42,844 nt of DNA from a virus, in the UHGV virus genome UHGV-0158128. One strand, given 5' to 3'. Shown here one piece after another: positions 29,586 to 38,037 of the stretch. Each line of letters begins with the position of its first letter. Positions within the stretch are counted from its first letter, which is position 1. The notes beneath the pieces are model-generated. The model saw nothing but the letters and a program-made list of their open reading frames with translations. It searched no databases and was not told the DNA's origin. The position numbers and the translations under genes are program-made.

Positions 29586-29803
29586 CAAATGATACCATTT
29601 TTGATACCATTTTGTTGTAAAACAGAAAAAATAAGGAAAATAAAAAAGGCAAAAAAACGCATTAAATCAACGTTTATTGTCTCATGAAATTTAAATGTAT
29701 ATAAATTTCACTTCCCATGGGTCGTTTTGAATACTTATTTTAGGCTTGTTATTACGCATTTTATAAACTCCTTAATTGTTATTTGATACCAATTTGATAC
29801 CGT
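29586..29803. mobile_element. attP region: four arm-type direct repeats TTGATACC(A/G)TTT plus an 8-bp inverted repeat (GAAATTTA-N8-TAAATTTC) as candidate core
   Basis: Repeats at 29590-29602, 29603-29615, 29781-29791 and 29792-29803. Inverted repeat at 29686-29709. Located between the lysin and the int 3' end. Confidence 0.5.
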
Positions 29804-30850
29804 TTAATCAAATATGCTCATAGCTTGATGTTTTTTATCAGTATATAAATGAGAGTACGTTTGAATTGTTTCTGTAATGTTAGAGTGCCTCATTAATTCC
29901 ATTAATAAATACATATCTACACCATTATTAATTAAATAGCTTGCGTACGAGTGTCTTAAATGGTGTATTTTTAGATTCGGGAATACAGATTTAAAATGAT
30001 ACGAATAGGTAACGTATCTAATAGGTTCTAACCCCCCGAATATAAAATAGTTTTCGTCAAAATATTTATATCTTTTAGAAGATTCATTATACATGTTTTT
30101 AAGCATCTCTCTAATTAATTTTGGTACAGGTATTATCCCTTTAGAACTTTCTTTTTTTAGATTATATTCAATTTCTCTATTACTTAAATTGATTTTCTTA
30201 TTTACGTCAATTTCGCCTTTTATTTTATCGTAATCTTTCCACTGCAAAGCTAAAGCTTCTCCTATTCTAAGACCAGAATAAAATAACAGTCTAGTTAGCT
30301 GACGAGAAGTATCATTTGTGATTTGTTCTACTTTTTCATCAAATTCTTCACGAGTGATAAATTTAGCTTGTGGTTTTGTTCTGGGAATAGGAGTTACCGA
30401 TAATGTGGGGTCGTATAAGAGCTTGTAATGCTTTTTGGCGTAATTGATAACTGCTTTAAAACCTGCCCACACAGATCGTGCATAGTCAACAGAAAGACCT
30501 GCATCGTTTAACAAATAATTCCTGAAAGCAGTACATTGCGTAGTAGTGATTTTGCCAATAGGGATATTTCCGAACCTTTCTTTTATGTGAGTATTATATT
30601 CTGTAGTTCGCTTTTCTATTGAGCGTGCAGAAAGATTTTCATTTTTTAAACGATCAAAAAATATATATTCAAAGGGTTGATTGTCCGAGTATCCATATTT
30701 AACATTTTGTATAAATTCGCTTTCAGCTAGTTTGGCATCTTTCTTACGTTCAAACCCACGCTTCATTTTTCGTTTGTTATTACCGTATACATCTTTATAT
30801 CTAATGGAAAAATACCATTTACCTGTATTATCATCCTTATATACTGGCAT
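29804..30850 (-). CDS. int: Tyrosine integrase (phi11/80alpha type)
   Basis: 348 aa. Catalytic R...HxxR...Y motifs (HHLRHSYAS, TYSHLY). RBS GAGGAGGG. Confidence 0.9.
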   Translation of the reverse strand: MPVYKDDNTGKWYFSIRYKDVYGNNKRKMKRGFERKKDAKLAESEFIQNVKYGYSDNQPFEYIFFDRLKNENLSARSIEKRTTEYNTHIKERFGNIPIGKITTTQCTAFRNYLLNDAGLSVDYARSVWAGFKAVINYAKKHYKLLYDPTLSVTPIPRTKPQAKFITREEFDEKVEQITNDTSRQLTRLLFYSGLRIGEALALQWKDYDKIKGEIDVNKKINLSNREIEYNLKKESSKGIIPVPKLIREMLKNMYNESSKRYKYFDENYFIFGGLEPIRYVTYSYHFKSVFPNLKIHHLRHSYASYLINNGVDMYLLMELMRHSNITETIQTYSHLYTDKKHQAMSIFD

Positions 30851-30911
30851 TTTGCTTTTCCCTCCTCAAAATTGGCAAAAAATAATAAGGGTAGGCGGGC
30901 TACCCGTGATT

Positions 30912-30940
30912 TTAGTACTAGGTACTAAATGTGATATAAT
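30912..30940 (+). promoter_or_regulatory. xis promoter with operator palindrome TTAGTAC-TAG-GTACTAA and extended -10 TGaTATAAT
   Basis: Palindrome at 30912-30928 overlaps the -35 position. -10 at 30935-30940. Confidence 0.45.
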
Positions 30941-30962
30941 AAAATAAAAAGTAGGTGATGAA

Positions 30963-31142
30963 ATGTGTGTAAAATTTACTGACGCAGAAATAGCTTATAT
31001 AAAAGAATCAGTTGAAAATTATAGTAGTGAATTTGATATTTATGACGATGAACAAGAACTTAAATTAAAAATTTATGAACAAATTATGTTAAAAATCAAA
31101 TCTGAATACAAGGATACCTATTTATTCCGTCTTATTAATTGA
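30963..31142 (+). CDS. xis: Excisionase-like small protein, divergent from int
   Basis: 59 aa acidic ORF, read manually (below track cutoff). RBS GTAGGTGATG. Position divergent from int as in phi11. The Xis identity rests on synteny and memory only. Confidence 0.45.
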   Translation: MCVKFTDAEIAYIKESVENYSSEFDIYDDEQELKLKIYEQIMLKIKSEYKDTYLFRLIN

Positions 31143-32054
31143 TTTGGTATATTCTCTTAATATTTTTTCGTTTTCATCAACAATGTCTTTTAGTGTGTTT
31201 AAAAGAAAGTCACAATCACCTTTGGCTACTGCACCAGCTTGTGAATGGTTGATTATGTTTCTCATACTATACGCAATTTCTACCCGTTTTTTGGTTCTAT
31301 AATTTACTTTACCTTCTTTAGTTAATTCTCCTAATAATTTTGTGTACATAGTTGAATCGGTGTCTTTATGTTTGATTTTATTAACTTTTTTTAATTTGAT
31401 TAAAAACGTTTCTATAGCAACAGCAAAGGTTGCTGCAGCTGGCAAATACAATTCCCTTTTATAAGCTTGTAATCCTTGTTCTATTTGATAAGAAAAAGTT
31501 ATATCATCAACAATCTCTTTCATACTATTTAAATCTAAGTGGTTGAACGGTTGTATTTCATCATGTGCTTTGTTTATCAATCTTTCTTTCGACTTCGATA
31601 TCAATGTATTGTAATGATCGTTAGCTAATCTTTTGCCATAATTAAAAAATAAATCTAAATTGTTTTGTAATATTACGGTCCCGATATATTTTCCGTAGTA
31701 AATAGATGTGTAATAAATGTAATTATTAAAATCTAATAATCCGGATTGTTCTTCTACATACTTTTTAGAATCATATATGTATGAAGTAAAGTGTTTAGAC
31801 AAATATTTGATATCAATATTACGAAAATTATATATTTCTTTTAATTTACTGTCATTTGAGATAACGACGATGCAAGGTTCTTCAAAAAAAGATTGATTTA
31901 GATAAAATATCGAAATCTTGTAATCGTCTTTTCTCATGAATGGGAAAGCTTCTGGATTGCTACTAAACTGATAATTGTATCTGTTTTCAACTACATATTT
32001 GTAGCCTTCTAAAAATTTACGCAAGTATTCTTTTAAAGTTTTATTCTCTTCCAT
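31122..32054 (-). CDS. Accessory (moron) protein of unknown function on the cI strand; candidate superinfection-exclusion/defence gene
   Basis: 310 aa. Strong RBS GAGGAGGATGAGGG. Lies between xis and cI. No recognisable catalytic motif. Confidence 0.6.
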   Translation of the reverse strand: MEENKTLKEYLRKFLEGYKYVVENRYNYQFSSNPEAFPFMRKDDYKISIFYLNQSFFEEPCIVVISNDSKLKEIYNFRNIDIKYLSKHFTSYIYDSKKYVEEQSGLLDFNNYIYYTSIYYGKYIGTVILQNNLDLFFNYGKRLANDHYNTLISKSKERLINKAHDEIQPFNHLDLNSMKEIVDDITFSYQIEQGLQAYKRELYLPAAATFAVAIETFLIKLKKVNKIKHKDTDSTMYTKLLGELTKEGKVNYRTKKRVEIAYSMRNIINHSQAGAVAKGDCDFLLNTLKDIVDENEKILREYTKSINKTE

Positions 32055-32193
32055 CCCTCATCCTCCTCACGCCATATAGGCGTTTATTTCTTATATTCTT
32101 CTTCAACATACTTTTTTACTAAATATTCAAGAATAAGTTCGGTCATTAGATCGTTTTCTTCGTACTCTTTATGAAGTTACTTTATTCTTTGAA

Positions 32194-32361
32194 TTAATTT
32201 AACTTATCGCCATCTAATTTTTGTGAAATAAATTCCAAGTATTTACGCGCATTATGTGACGATAAATCTTTAGGTAACTCATAAGTGAATGGTTGATTAC
32301 CACTAGTTAAAACTTCATATACTATAGTTTCTTTTTTTATTTTGCAATTAGTTATTTTCAT
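32194..32361 (-). CDS. Small protein (55 aa) between cI and the 310-aa gene
   Basis: AAAAGGAG RBS 6 nt upstream of ATG. MKITNCKIKKETIVYEVLTSGNQPFTYELPKDLSSHNARKYLEFISQKLDGDKLN. Read manually. Confidence 0.35.
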   Translation of the reverse strand: MKITNCKIKKETIVYEVLTSGNQPFTYELPKDLSSHNARKYLEFISQKLDGDKLN

Positions 32362-32430
32362 TATAAACTCCTTTTAAACACTGATGAAATAGACGTCTTT
32401 TATATTAAAGTGCCATATAGGCGCTATTAA

Positions 32431-33150
32431 TCACAATACAACTTTGCCCATTACTTTAATATTACTAAACGAAGCGACTTTGATATCATCATACTTCGGA
32501 TTTAGAGATACCAAATTAATATAGTCTTCGCATATATCTACACGCTTGATAAGACTTACTCCATCTAATACAACGAGTGCAATTGTACCATCTTTAATAG
32601 AATCTTCTTTCTTAATAAAAGCGTATGTTCCTTGTTTTAACATAGGTTCCATTGAATCACCATTAACTAAAATACAAAAATCAGCATTTGATGGCGTTTC
32701 GTCTTCTTTAAAAAATACTTCTTCATGCAATATGTCATCATATAATTCTTCTCCTATGCCAGCACCAGTTGCACCACATGCAATATACGATACTAGTTTA
32801 GACTCTTTATATTCATCTATAGAAGTGACTTTATTCTGTTCATCTAATTGCTCATTTGCGTAGTTAAGTACGTTTTTTTGTCTTGGAGGCGTGAGTTTAC
32901 TGTATATGGAAGTGATGTCGTTTTTTTTATTATTTCTTGTAGGAAACAAATCATCGATACTGATATTTAAAATATGAGCAATTTCAAACAAATCATCTTG
33001 TTTAGGAGTTCTGTACCCTGTCTCATAATTTGAAATAGTAGCCTTTTTAGTGTTGAGTTTTTCTCCAAGTTGATCTTGAGTTAAGTTCAATTTGGTTCTA
33101 TAGTATCTGATTTTATTGCCTATAAATTTCGCTAATTCTTTTTTATCCAT
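32431..33150 (-). CDS. cI: CI repressor (HTH_XRE + S24 LexA-like peptidase)
   Basis: 239 aa. N-terminal HTH (LTQDQLGEKLNTKKATISNYETG). C-terminal GDSMEP Ser and K of the S24 autocleavage dyad. Confidence 0.9.
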   Translation of the reverse strand: MDKKELAKFIGNKIRYYRTKLNLTQDQLGEKLNTKKATISNYETGYRTPKQDDLFEIAHILNISIDDLFPTRNNKKNDITSIYSKLTPPRQKNVLNYANEQLDEQNKVTSIDEYKESKLVSYIACGATGAGIGEELYDDILHEEVFFKEDETPSNADFCILVNGDSMEPMLKQGTYAFIKKEDSIKDGTIALVVLDGVSLIKRVDICEDYINLVSLNPKYDDIKVASFSNIKVMGKVVL

Positions 33151-33175
33151 TTTCTTACCTCCTTAAATTTACCTA

Positions 33176-33265
33176 TAGTATAACCCAATTATTTTTGGTA
33201 TTCAACAAAAAAATACACGAAAAGCAAACTTTTATGTTGACTCAAGTACACGTATCGTGTATAGT
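33176..33265. promoter_or_regulatory. Divergent cI/cro promoter-operator region
   Basis: Minus strand: TTGAAT-17-TATACT (PRM-like). Plus strand: TTGACT-17-TATAGT at 33237-33265 (PR-like). Operator palindrome TACACGTATCGTGTA at 33247-33261 and a TACACG half-site at 33213. Confidence 0.7.
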
Positions 33266-33291
33266 TAGTTTTGTAAGCGGGAGGTGACAAC

Positions 33292-33510
33292 ATGCAATGG
33301 AATTTAATAAAGTTGAGAAAAGAAAGAAAGTGTACTCAAGAAGATTTAGCAAACCTCTTGAATATATCAACTGAAGGTTATCGTTTAAAGGAATTAGGAA
33401 AGCATCAATTTAAGAATGATGAGATGTTTATTATCGCTGATTTTTTTGACGAAAATATTGGAGATATTTTTTTACCCACAAAGTACACGAAACGCAAACA
33501 AACATCTTAA
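33292..33510 (+). CDS. cro: Cro-like repressor
   Basis: 72 aa HTH protein divergent from cI. RBS GGGAGGTGA. Confidence 0.8.
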   Translation: MQWNLIKLRKERKCTQEDLANLLNISTEGYRLKELGKHQFKNDEMFIIADFFDENIGDIFLPTKYTKRKQTS

Positions 33511-33525
33511 AAGGAGGAACGAACA

Positions 33526-34314
33526 ATGCAAGCATTACAAACATTTAATTTTAAAGAGCTACCAGTAAGAACAGTGGAAATTGAAAACGAACCTTATTTT
33601 GTAGGAAAAGATATTGCTGAAATTTTAGGATATGCAAGGGCAGACAATGCCATCAGAAATCATGTTGATAGCGAGGACAAGCTGACGCACCAATTTAGTG
33701 CATCAGGTCAAAACAGAAATATGATCATTATCAATGAATCAGGATTATACAGTTTAATCTTTGACGCTTCTAAACAAAGTAAAAACGAAAAAATCAGAGA
33801 AACCGCTCGAAAATTCAAACGATGGGTAACATCAGACGTCCTACCAGCCATTCGCAAACACGGTATCTACGCAACAGACAATGTAATTGAACAAACATTA
33901 AAAGATCCAGACTACATTATTACAGTGTTGACTGAGTATAAGAAAGAAAAAGAGCAAAACTTACTTTTACAACAAGAAATCGGAGAACTAAAACCCAAAG
34001 CAGACTATGTAGATGAAATCTTAAAGTCAACTGGCACATTAGCCACAACTCAAATCGCGGCAGACTACGGTATATCAGCACAAAAGTTAAACAAACTACT
34101 ACACGAAGCTAGACTACAACGAAAAGTAAATAAACAGTGGGTGCTTTACTCAGAACACATGGGCAAGAGTTACACAGATTCAGACACTATAACAATTGTG
34201 CGTTCTGATGGCAGAGAAGACACAGTTTTACAAACTAGATGGACGCAAAAAGGCAGATTGAAAATACATGAAATCATGACTGAATTCGGTTATGAAGCTA
34301 ACGTAACTGCTTAA
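33526..34314 (+). CDS. Antirepressor (Bro-N / KilA-C type)
   Basis: 262 aa. N-terminal Bro-N-like (FVGKDIAEILGY). Position after cro. Confidence 0.75.
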   Translation: MQALQTFNFKELPVRTVEIENEPYFVGKDIAEILGYARADNAIRNHVDSEDKLTHQFSASGQNRNMIIINESGLYSLIFDASKQSKNEKIRETARKFKRWVTSDVLPAIRKHGIYATDNVIEQTLKDPDYIITVLTEYKKEKEQNLLLQQEIGELKPKADYVDEILKSTGTLATTQIAADYGISAQKLNKLLHEARLQRKVNKQWVLYSEHMGKSYTDSDTITIVRSDGREDTVLQTRWTQKGRLKIHEIMTEFGYEANVTA

Positions 34315-34330
34315 CAGGAGGGCACAGCAA

Positions 34331-34525
34331 ATGCAAGCTCAAAACAAAAAAGTCATCTATTACTACTATGACGAAGAAGGTAATAGACGACTATTATCAA
34401 TTGGTAATTTAGATACCTATTTATTAGCAGATATCAAATCAAGATTTGGTTTATATAAAAAGGCAATCCCTGATTTAGATAATCTATACATTCAAATAGA
34501 TGGTATCGAATTTAAATTATATTAA
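34331..34525 (+). CDS. Hypothetical small protein
   Basis: 64 aa. RBS CAGGAGGG. Confidence 0.45.
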   Translation: MQAQNKKVIYYYYDEEGNRRLLSIGNLDTYLLADIKSRFGLYKKAIPDLDNLYIQIDGIEFKLY

Positions 34526-34555
34526 ATTTTTGGAAATGCAAAGGAGCATAAACAA

Positions 34556-34771
34556 ATGAACACGTTATACAAAACAACCCTCCTCATCACAATGGCAGTT
34601 GTGACTTGGAAGGTTTGGAAGATTGAACGAAATACGAGAAAGCCTGTAATCAATAGAAATGATTTTAGTAAAGAGTCTACAGCAGAAACGATTGAGCGAC
34701 ACAGTGATCCTGATTCAGGAATAAAACTACTTAAGGCATTTTCCGACTTCACTAAAGAGAACCTTACCTAA
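34556..34771 (+). CDS. Small membrane-anchored protein
   Basis: 71 aa. RBS AAAGGAG. N-terminal TM helix. Confidence 0.45.
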   Translation: MNTLYKTTLLITMAVVTWKVWKIERNTRKPVINRNDFSKESTAETIERHSDPDSGIKLLKAFSDFTKENLT

Positions 34772-34981
34772 TTCTAAGAAGATGAAGTTTCGTTGGTACT
34801 CAAGTGATTCATGTAAAGCAGTAGAGTAAATCTTTTCACTGGAAACACCTTCATCAGCATTCTCTGTAAGTTTTTGAAGGTTCTTTTTGAAGTGTTCACT
34901 TTGACCACCGTATAGTTCATCAGCTTCATTAACAATTTTATAGTAAAGCTGTTCATATTCACTATATGACATATTATCCAC
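34727..34981 (-). CDS. Minus-strand small acidic protein within the early region
   Basis: 84 aa. Very strong RBS AAAGGAGGTGG. Extended -10 (TGTGTATAAT) upstream on the minus strand. Convergently overlaps the 34556..34771 gene by 45 nt. Confidence 0.5.
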   Translation of the reverse strand: MDNMSYSEYEQLYYKIVNEADELYGGQSEHFKKNLQKLTENADEGVSSEKIYSTALHESLEYQRNFIFLELGKVLFSEVGKCLK

Positions 34982-35042
34982 CTCCTTTCACTAGGAGATA
35001 ACTAAATTATACACAACACAAAAATAAAAAGGAGGAATAGAT

Positions 35043-35264
35043 ATGATAAAAAATAGTTTGCAAGCTAAAGAACTTGCGGTAATTTTATCTGTTTCTAAAT
35101 CCAAAGCAGGACAAATAATAAGAGAACTGAATAAAGAGCTTGAAGATGAAGGATACATTGCGATACGAGGCAGAATACCAGTCCAATTAGCTAGAAAAAA
35201 ATTCCCTTATCACGACTTATCAGACGAGAGAATAATGGAGGAGTTGAAAAAAGAAAATGAGTAA
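35043..35264 (+). CDS. HTH DNA-binding protein (excisionase/MerR-like fold)
   Basis: 73 aa. RBS AAAAGGAGGAA. HTH segment LAVILSVSKSKAGQIIREL. Confidence 0.55.
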   Translation: MIKNSLQAKELAVILSVSKSKAGQIIRELNKELEDEGYIAIRGRIPVQLARKKFPYHDLSDERIMEELKKENE

Positions 35265-35418
35265 CATTTATAAAAGCTACCTATTAGCAGTACTGTGCTT
35301 CACGGTCTTAGCGATTGTACTCATGCCGTTTCTATACTTCACTACAGCATGGTCAATTGCGGGATTCGCAAGTATCGCAACATTCATATTCTATAAGGAA
35401 TACTTTTATGAAGAATAA
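35257..35418 (+). CDS. Small membrane peptide (53 aa)
   Basis: Overlapping start (aaaATGAgtaa). Two hydrophobic segments. Read manually. Confidence 0.3.
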   Translation: MSNIYKSYLLAVLCFTVLAIVLMPFLYFTTAWSIAGFASIATFIFYKEYFYEE

Positions 35419-35510
35419 AAAAACTGCTACTTGCGCCAACAAGTAACAGTGACAAACGATTAACAAAATTAATTCGTGTTCAATATAAAACGAAAAACGG
35501 AGGAAGTCAA

Positions 35511-35772
35511 GATGTATTACGAAATAGGCGAAATCATACGCAAAAATATTCATGTTAACGGATTCAATTTTAATCTATTCATTTTAAAAGGTCATATGGG
35601 CATATCAATACAAGTTAAAGATATGAACAACGTACCAATTAAACATGCTTATGTCGTAGATGAGAATGACTTAGATATGGCATCAGACTTATTTAACCAA
35701 GCAATAGATGAATGGATTGAAGAGAACACAGACGAACAGGACAGACTAATTAACTTAGTCATGAAATGGTAG
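35511..35772 (+). CDS. Hypothetical early protein
   Basis: RBS AACGGAGGAAG before ATG 35511. The track ORF starts at 35476. Confidence 0.45.
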
Positions 35773-35781
35773 GAGGTTGCT

Positions 35782-36003
35782 ATGAAGCAGACTGTAACTT
35801 ATATCATTCGTCATAGGGATATGCCAATTTATATAACTAACAAACCAACTGATAACAATTCAGATATTAGTTACTCCACAAATAGAAATAGAGCTAGGGA
35901 GTTTAACGGTATGGAAGAAGCGAGTATCAATATGGATTATCACAAAGCAATCAAGAAAACAGTGACAGAAACAATTGAGTACGAGGAGGTAGAACATGAC
36001 TGA
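35782..36003 (+). CDS. Hypothetical early protein
   Basis: 73 aa. RBS TAGGAGGTT. Confidence 0.45.
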   Translation: MKQTVTYIIRHRDMPIYITNKPTDNNSDISYSTNRNRAREFNGMEEASINMDYHKAIKKTVTETIEYEEVEHD

Positions 36004-36775
36004 ACAAACTAATCAAGATGTCGATATTTTAACGCAACTAGGTGTAAAAGACATCAGCAAACAAAATGCAAACAAGTTTTATAAATTTGCGATATACGGC
36101 AAGTTCGGTACTGGTAAAACTACGTTTTTAACAAAAGATAACAATGCCTTAGTACTAGATATAAATGAGGACGGAACAACGGTAACAGAAGATGGGGCAG
36201 TTGTGCAGATTAAGAATTATAAGCATTTTAGTGCAGTGATTAAAATGCTGCCTAAAATTATTGAACAACTAAGAGAAAACGGAAAACAAATTGATGTTGT
36301 AGTGATTGAAACAATCCAAAAGTTACGTGATATCACTATGGACGACATCATGGACGGTAAATCAAAGAAACCGACATTTAATGATTGGGGCGAGTGTGCT
36401 ACACGCATTGTAAGTATTTATCGTTATATTTCTAAATTACAAGAACATTATCAATTTCATCTTGCTATAAGCGGACACGAGGGCATTAACAAAGACAAAG
36501 ATGATGAGGGAAGTACTATCAATCCAACAATCACGATAGAGGCACAAGACCAAATAAAAAAAGCAGTCATCAGTCAATCTGACGTGTTAGCAAGAATGAC
36601 AATAGAAGAACATGAGCAAGACGGCGAAAAAACTTATCAATATGTACTTAACGCTGAACCATCAAACTTATTCGAGACAAAGATAAGACACTCAAGCAAC
36701 ATCAAAATTAACAACAAACGTTTCATTAATCCAAGTATTAACGATGTTGTACAAGCAATTAGAAATGGTAATTAA
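35996..36775 (+). CDS. Sak4-like RecA-fold ATPase (AAA_24)
   Basis: 259 aa. Walker A GKFGTGKTTF. Immediately precedes the SSB-like gene, as in Sak4-SSB modules. Confidence 0.6.
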   Translation: MTEQTNQDVDILTQLGVKDISKQNANKFYKFAIYGKFGTGKTTFLTKDNNALVLDINEDGTTVTEDGAVVQIKNYKHFSAVIKMLPKIIEQLRENGKQIDVVVIETIQKLRDITMDDIMDGKSKKPTFNDWGECATRIVSIYRYISKLQEHYQFHLAISGHEGINKDKDDEGSTINPTITIEAQDQIKKAVISQSDVLARMTIEEHEQDGEKTYQYVLNAEPSNLFETKIRHSSNIKINNKRFINPSINDVVQAIRNGN

Positions 36776-36804
36776 AAACTAATTAAAAGGACGGTATAAA
36801 AATT

Positions 36805-37359
36805 ATGAAAATCACTGGTAGAACACAATACATTCAAGAAACTAATCAAGAGGCATTCATGAAAGGTGGGGACTTTTTAGGAGCTGGAGAATTTACAGTA
36901 AAAGTTGCAAATGTCGAGTTTAACGACAGAGAAAACAGATACTTCACGATTGTTTTTGAAAACAACGAAGGTAAACAATACAAACACAACCAATTCGTCC
37001 CACCATTCCAACAAGATTATCAAGAAAAACAATATATCGAGTTACTTAGTAGATTAGGAATTAAATTGAACTTACCAGATTTAACTTTTGACACAGATCA
37101 ATTAATTAACAAAATCGGAACTATTGTACTTAAAAATAAATTTAACGAGGAACAAGGCAAGTATTTTGTAAGACTCTCATATGTAAAAGTTTGGAATAAA
37201 GACGATGAAGTAGTTAATAAACCAGAACCTAAAACTGATGAGATGAAACAAAAAGAACAGCAAGCAAATGGGAAACAGACGCCAATGAGTCAACAATCAA
37301 ACCCATTCGCTAATGCTAATGGTCCAATAGAAATTAATGATGATGATTTACCGTTCTAG
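36805..37359 (+). CDS. SSB-like protein with acidic C-terminal tail (DDDLPF)
   Basis: 184 aa. C-terminal NDDDLPF resembles the SSB protein-interaction tail. Confidence 0.5.
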   Translation: MKITGRTQYIQETNQEAFMKGGDFLGAGEFTVKVANVEFNDRENRYFTIVFENNEGKQYKHNQFVPPFQQDYQEKQYIELLSRLGIKLNLPDLTFDTDQLINKIGTIVLKNKFNEEQGKYFVRLSYVKVWNKDDEVVNKPEPKTDEMKQKEQQANGKQTPMSQQSNPFANANGPIEINDDDLPF

Positions 37360-37371
37360 GACGTGGTTTAA

Positions 37372-38037
37372 ATGCAATACATTACAAGATACCAGAAAGA
37401 CAATGACGGCACTTATTCCGTCGTTGCTACTGGTGTTGAACTTGAACAAAGTCACATTGACTTGCTAGAAAACGGATATCCACTAAAAGCAGAAGTAGAG
37501 GTTCCGGACAATAAAAAGTTATCTATAGAACAACGTAAAAAAATATTCGCAATGTGTAGAGATATAGAACTTCACTGGGGCGAACCAGTGGAATCAACTA
37601 GAAAATTATTACAAACAGAATTGGAAATTGAAAAAGGTTATGAGGAAATCAGTCTGCGTGACTGTTCAATGAAAGTCGCAAGGGAGTTAATAGAACTGAT
37701 TATAGCGTTTATGTTTCATCATCAAATACCTATGAGTGTAGAAACGAGTAAGTTGTTAAGTGAAGATAAAGCGTTATTATATTGGGCTACAATCAACCGC
37801 AATTGTGTAATATGCGGAAAGCCTCACGCTGACCTAGCACATTACGAAGCAGTAGGTAGAGGCATGAACAGAAACAAGATGAATCACTATGACAAACATG
37901 TATTAGCGTTATGTCGCGAACATCACAACGAGCAACATGCGATTGGCGTTAAGTCGTTTGATGATAAATATCACTTGCATGACTCGTGGATAAAAGTTGA
38001 TGAGAGGCTCAATAAAATGTTGAAAGGAGGAGAATAA
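37372..38037 (+). CDS. Conserved phage protein with CxxC...H/N-rich Zn-finger/HNH-like motif (DUF968-type)
   Basis: 221 aa. CVICGKPH...HYEAV...NHYDKHVLALCREHHNEQH. Confidence 0.4.
   Translation: MQYITRYQKDNDGTYSVVATGVELEQSHIDLLENGYPLKAEVEVPDNKKLSIEQRKKIFAMCRDIELHWGEPVESTRKLLQTELEIEKGYEEISLRDCSMKVARELIELIIAFMFHHQIPMSVETSKLLSEDKALLYWATINRNCVICGKPHADLAHYEAVGRGMNRNKMNHYDKHVLALCREHHNEQHAIGVKSFDDKYHLHDSWIKVDERLNKMLKGGE

Noticed and set aside
32058-32090. Hairpin ACGCC-ATATA-GGCGT + T-rich tail read as a plus-strand terminator
   Set aside because: No plus-strand gene ends here. The element sits in the 5' leader of the minus-strand 310-aa gene and recurs upstream of the neighbouring gene, so it is treated as a shared regulatory motif instead.
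35420-35455. Imperfect hairpin CTGCTACTTG-cgcca-CAAGTAACAG with an A-run before it on plus, and so a T-run after it on minus (putative minus-strand terminator)
   Set aside because: No credible minus-strand gene ends here (35353..35553 on minus is a shadow ORF). The stem has a mismatch. Probably incidental, or a bidirectional pause site at most.
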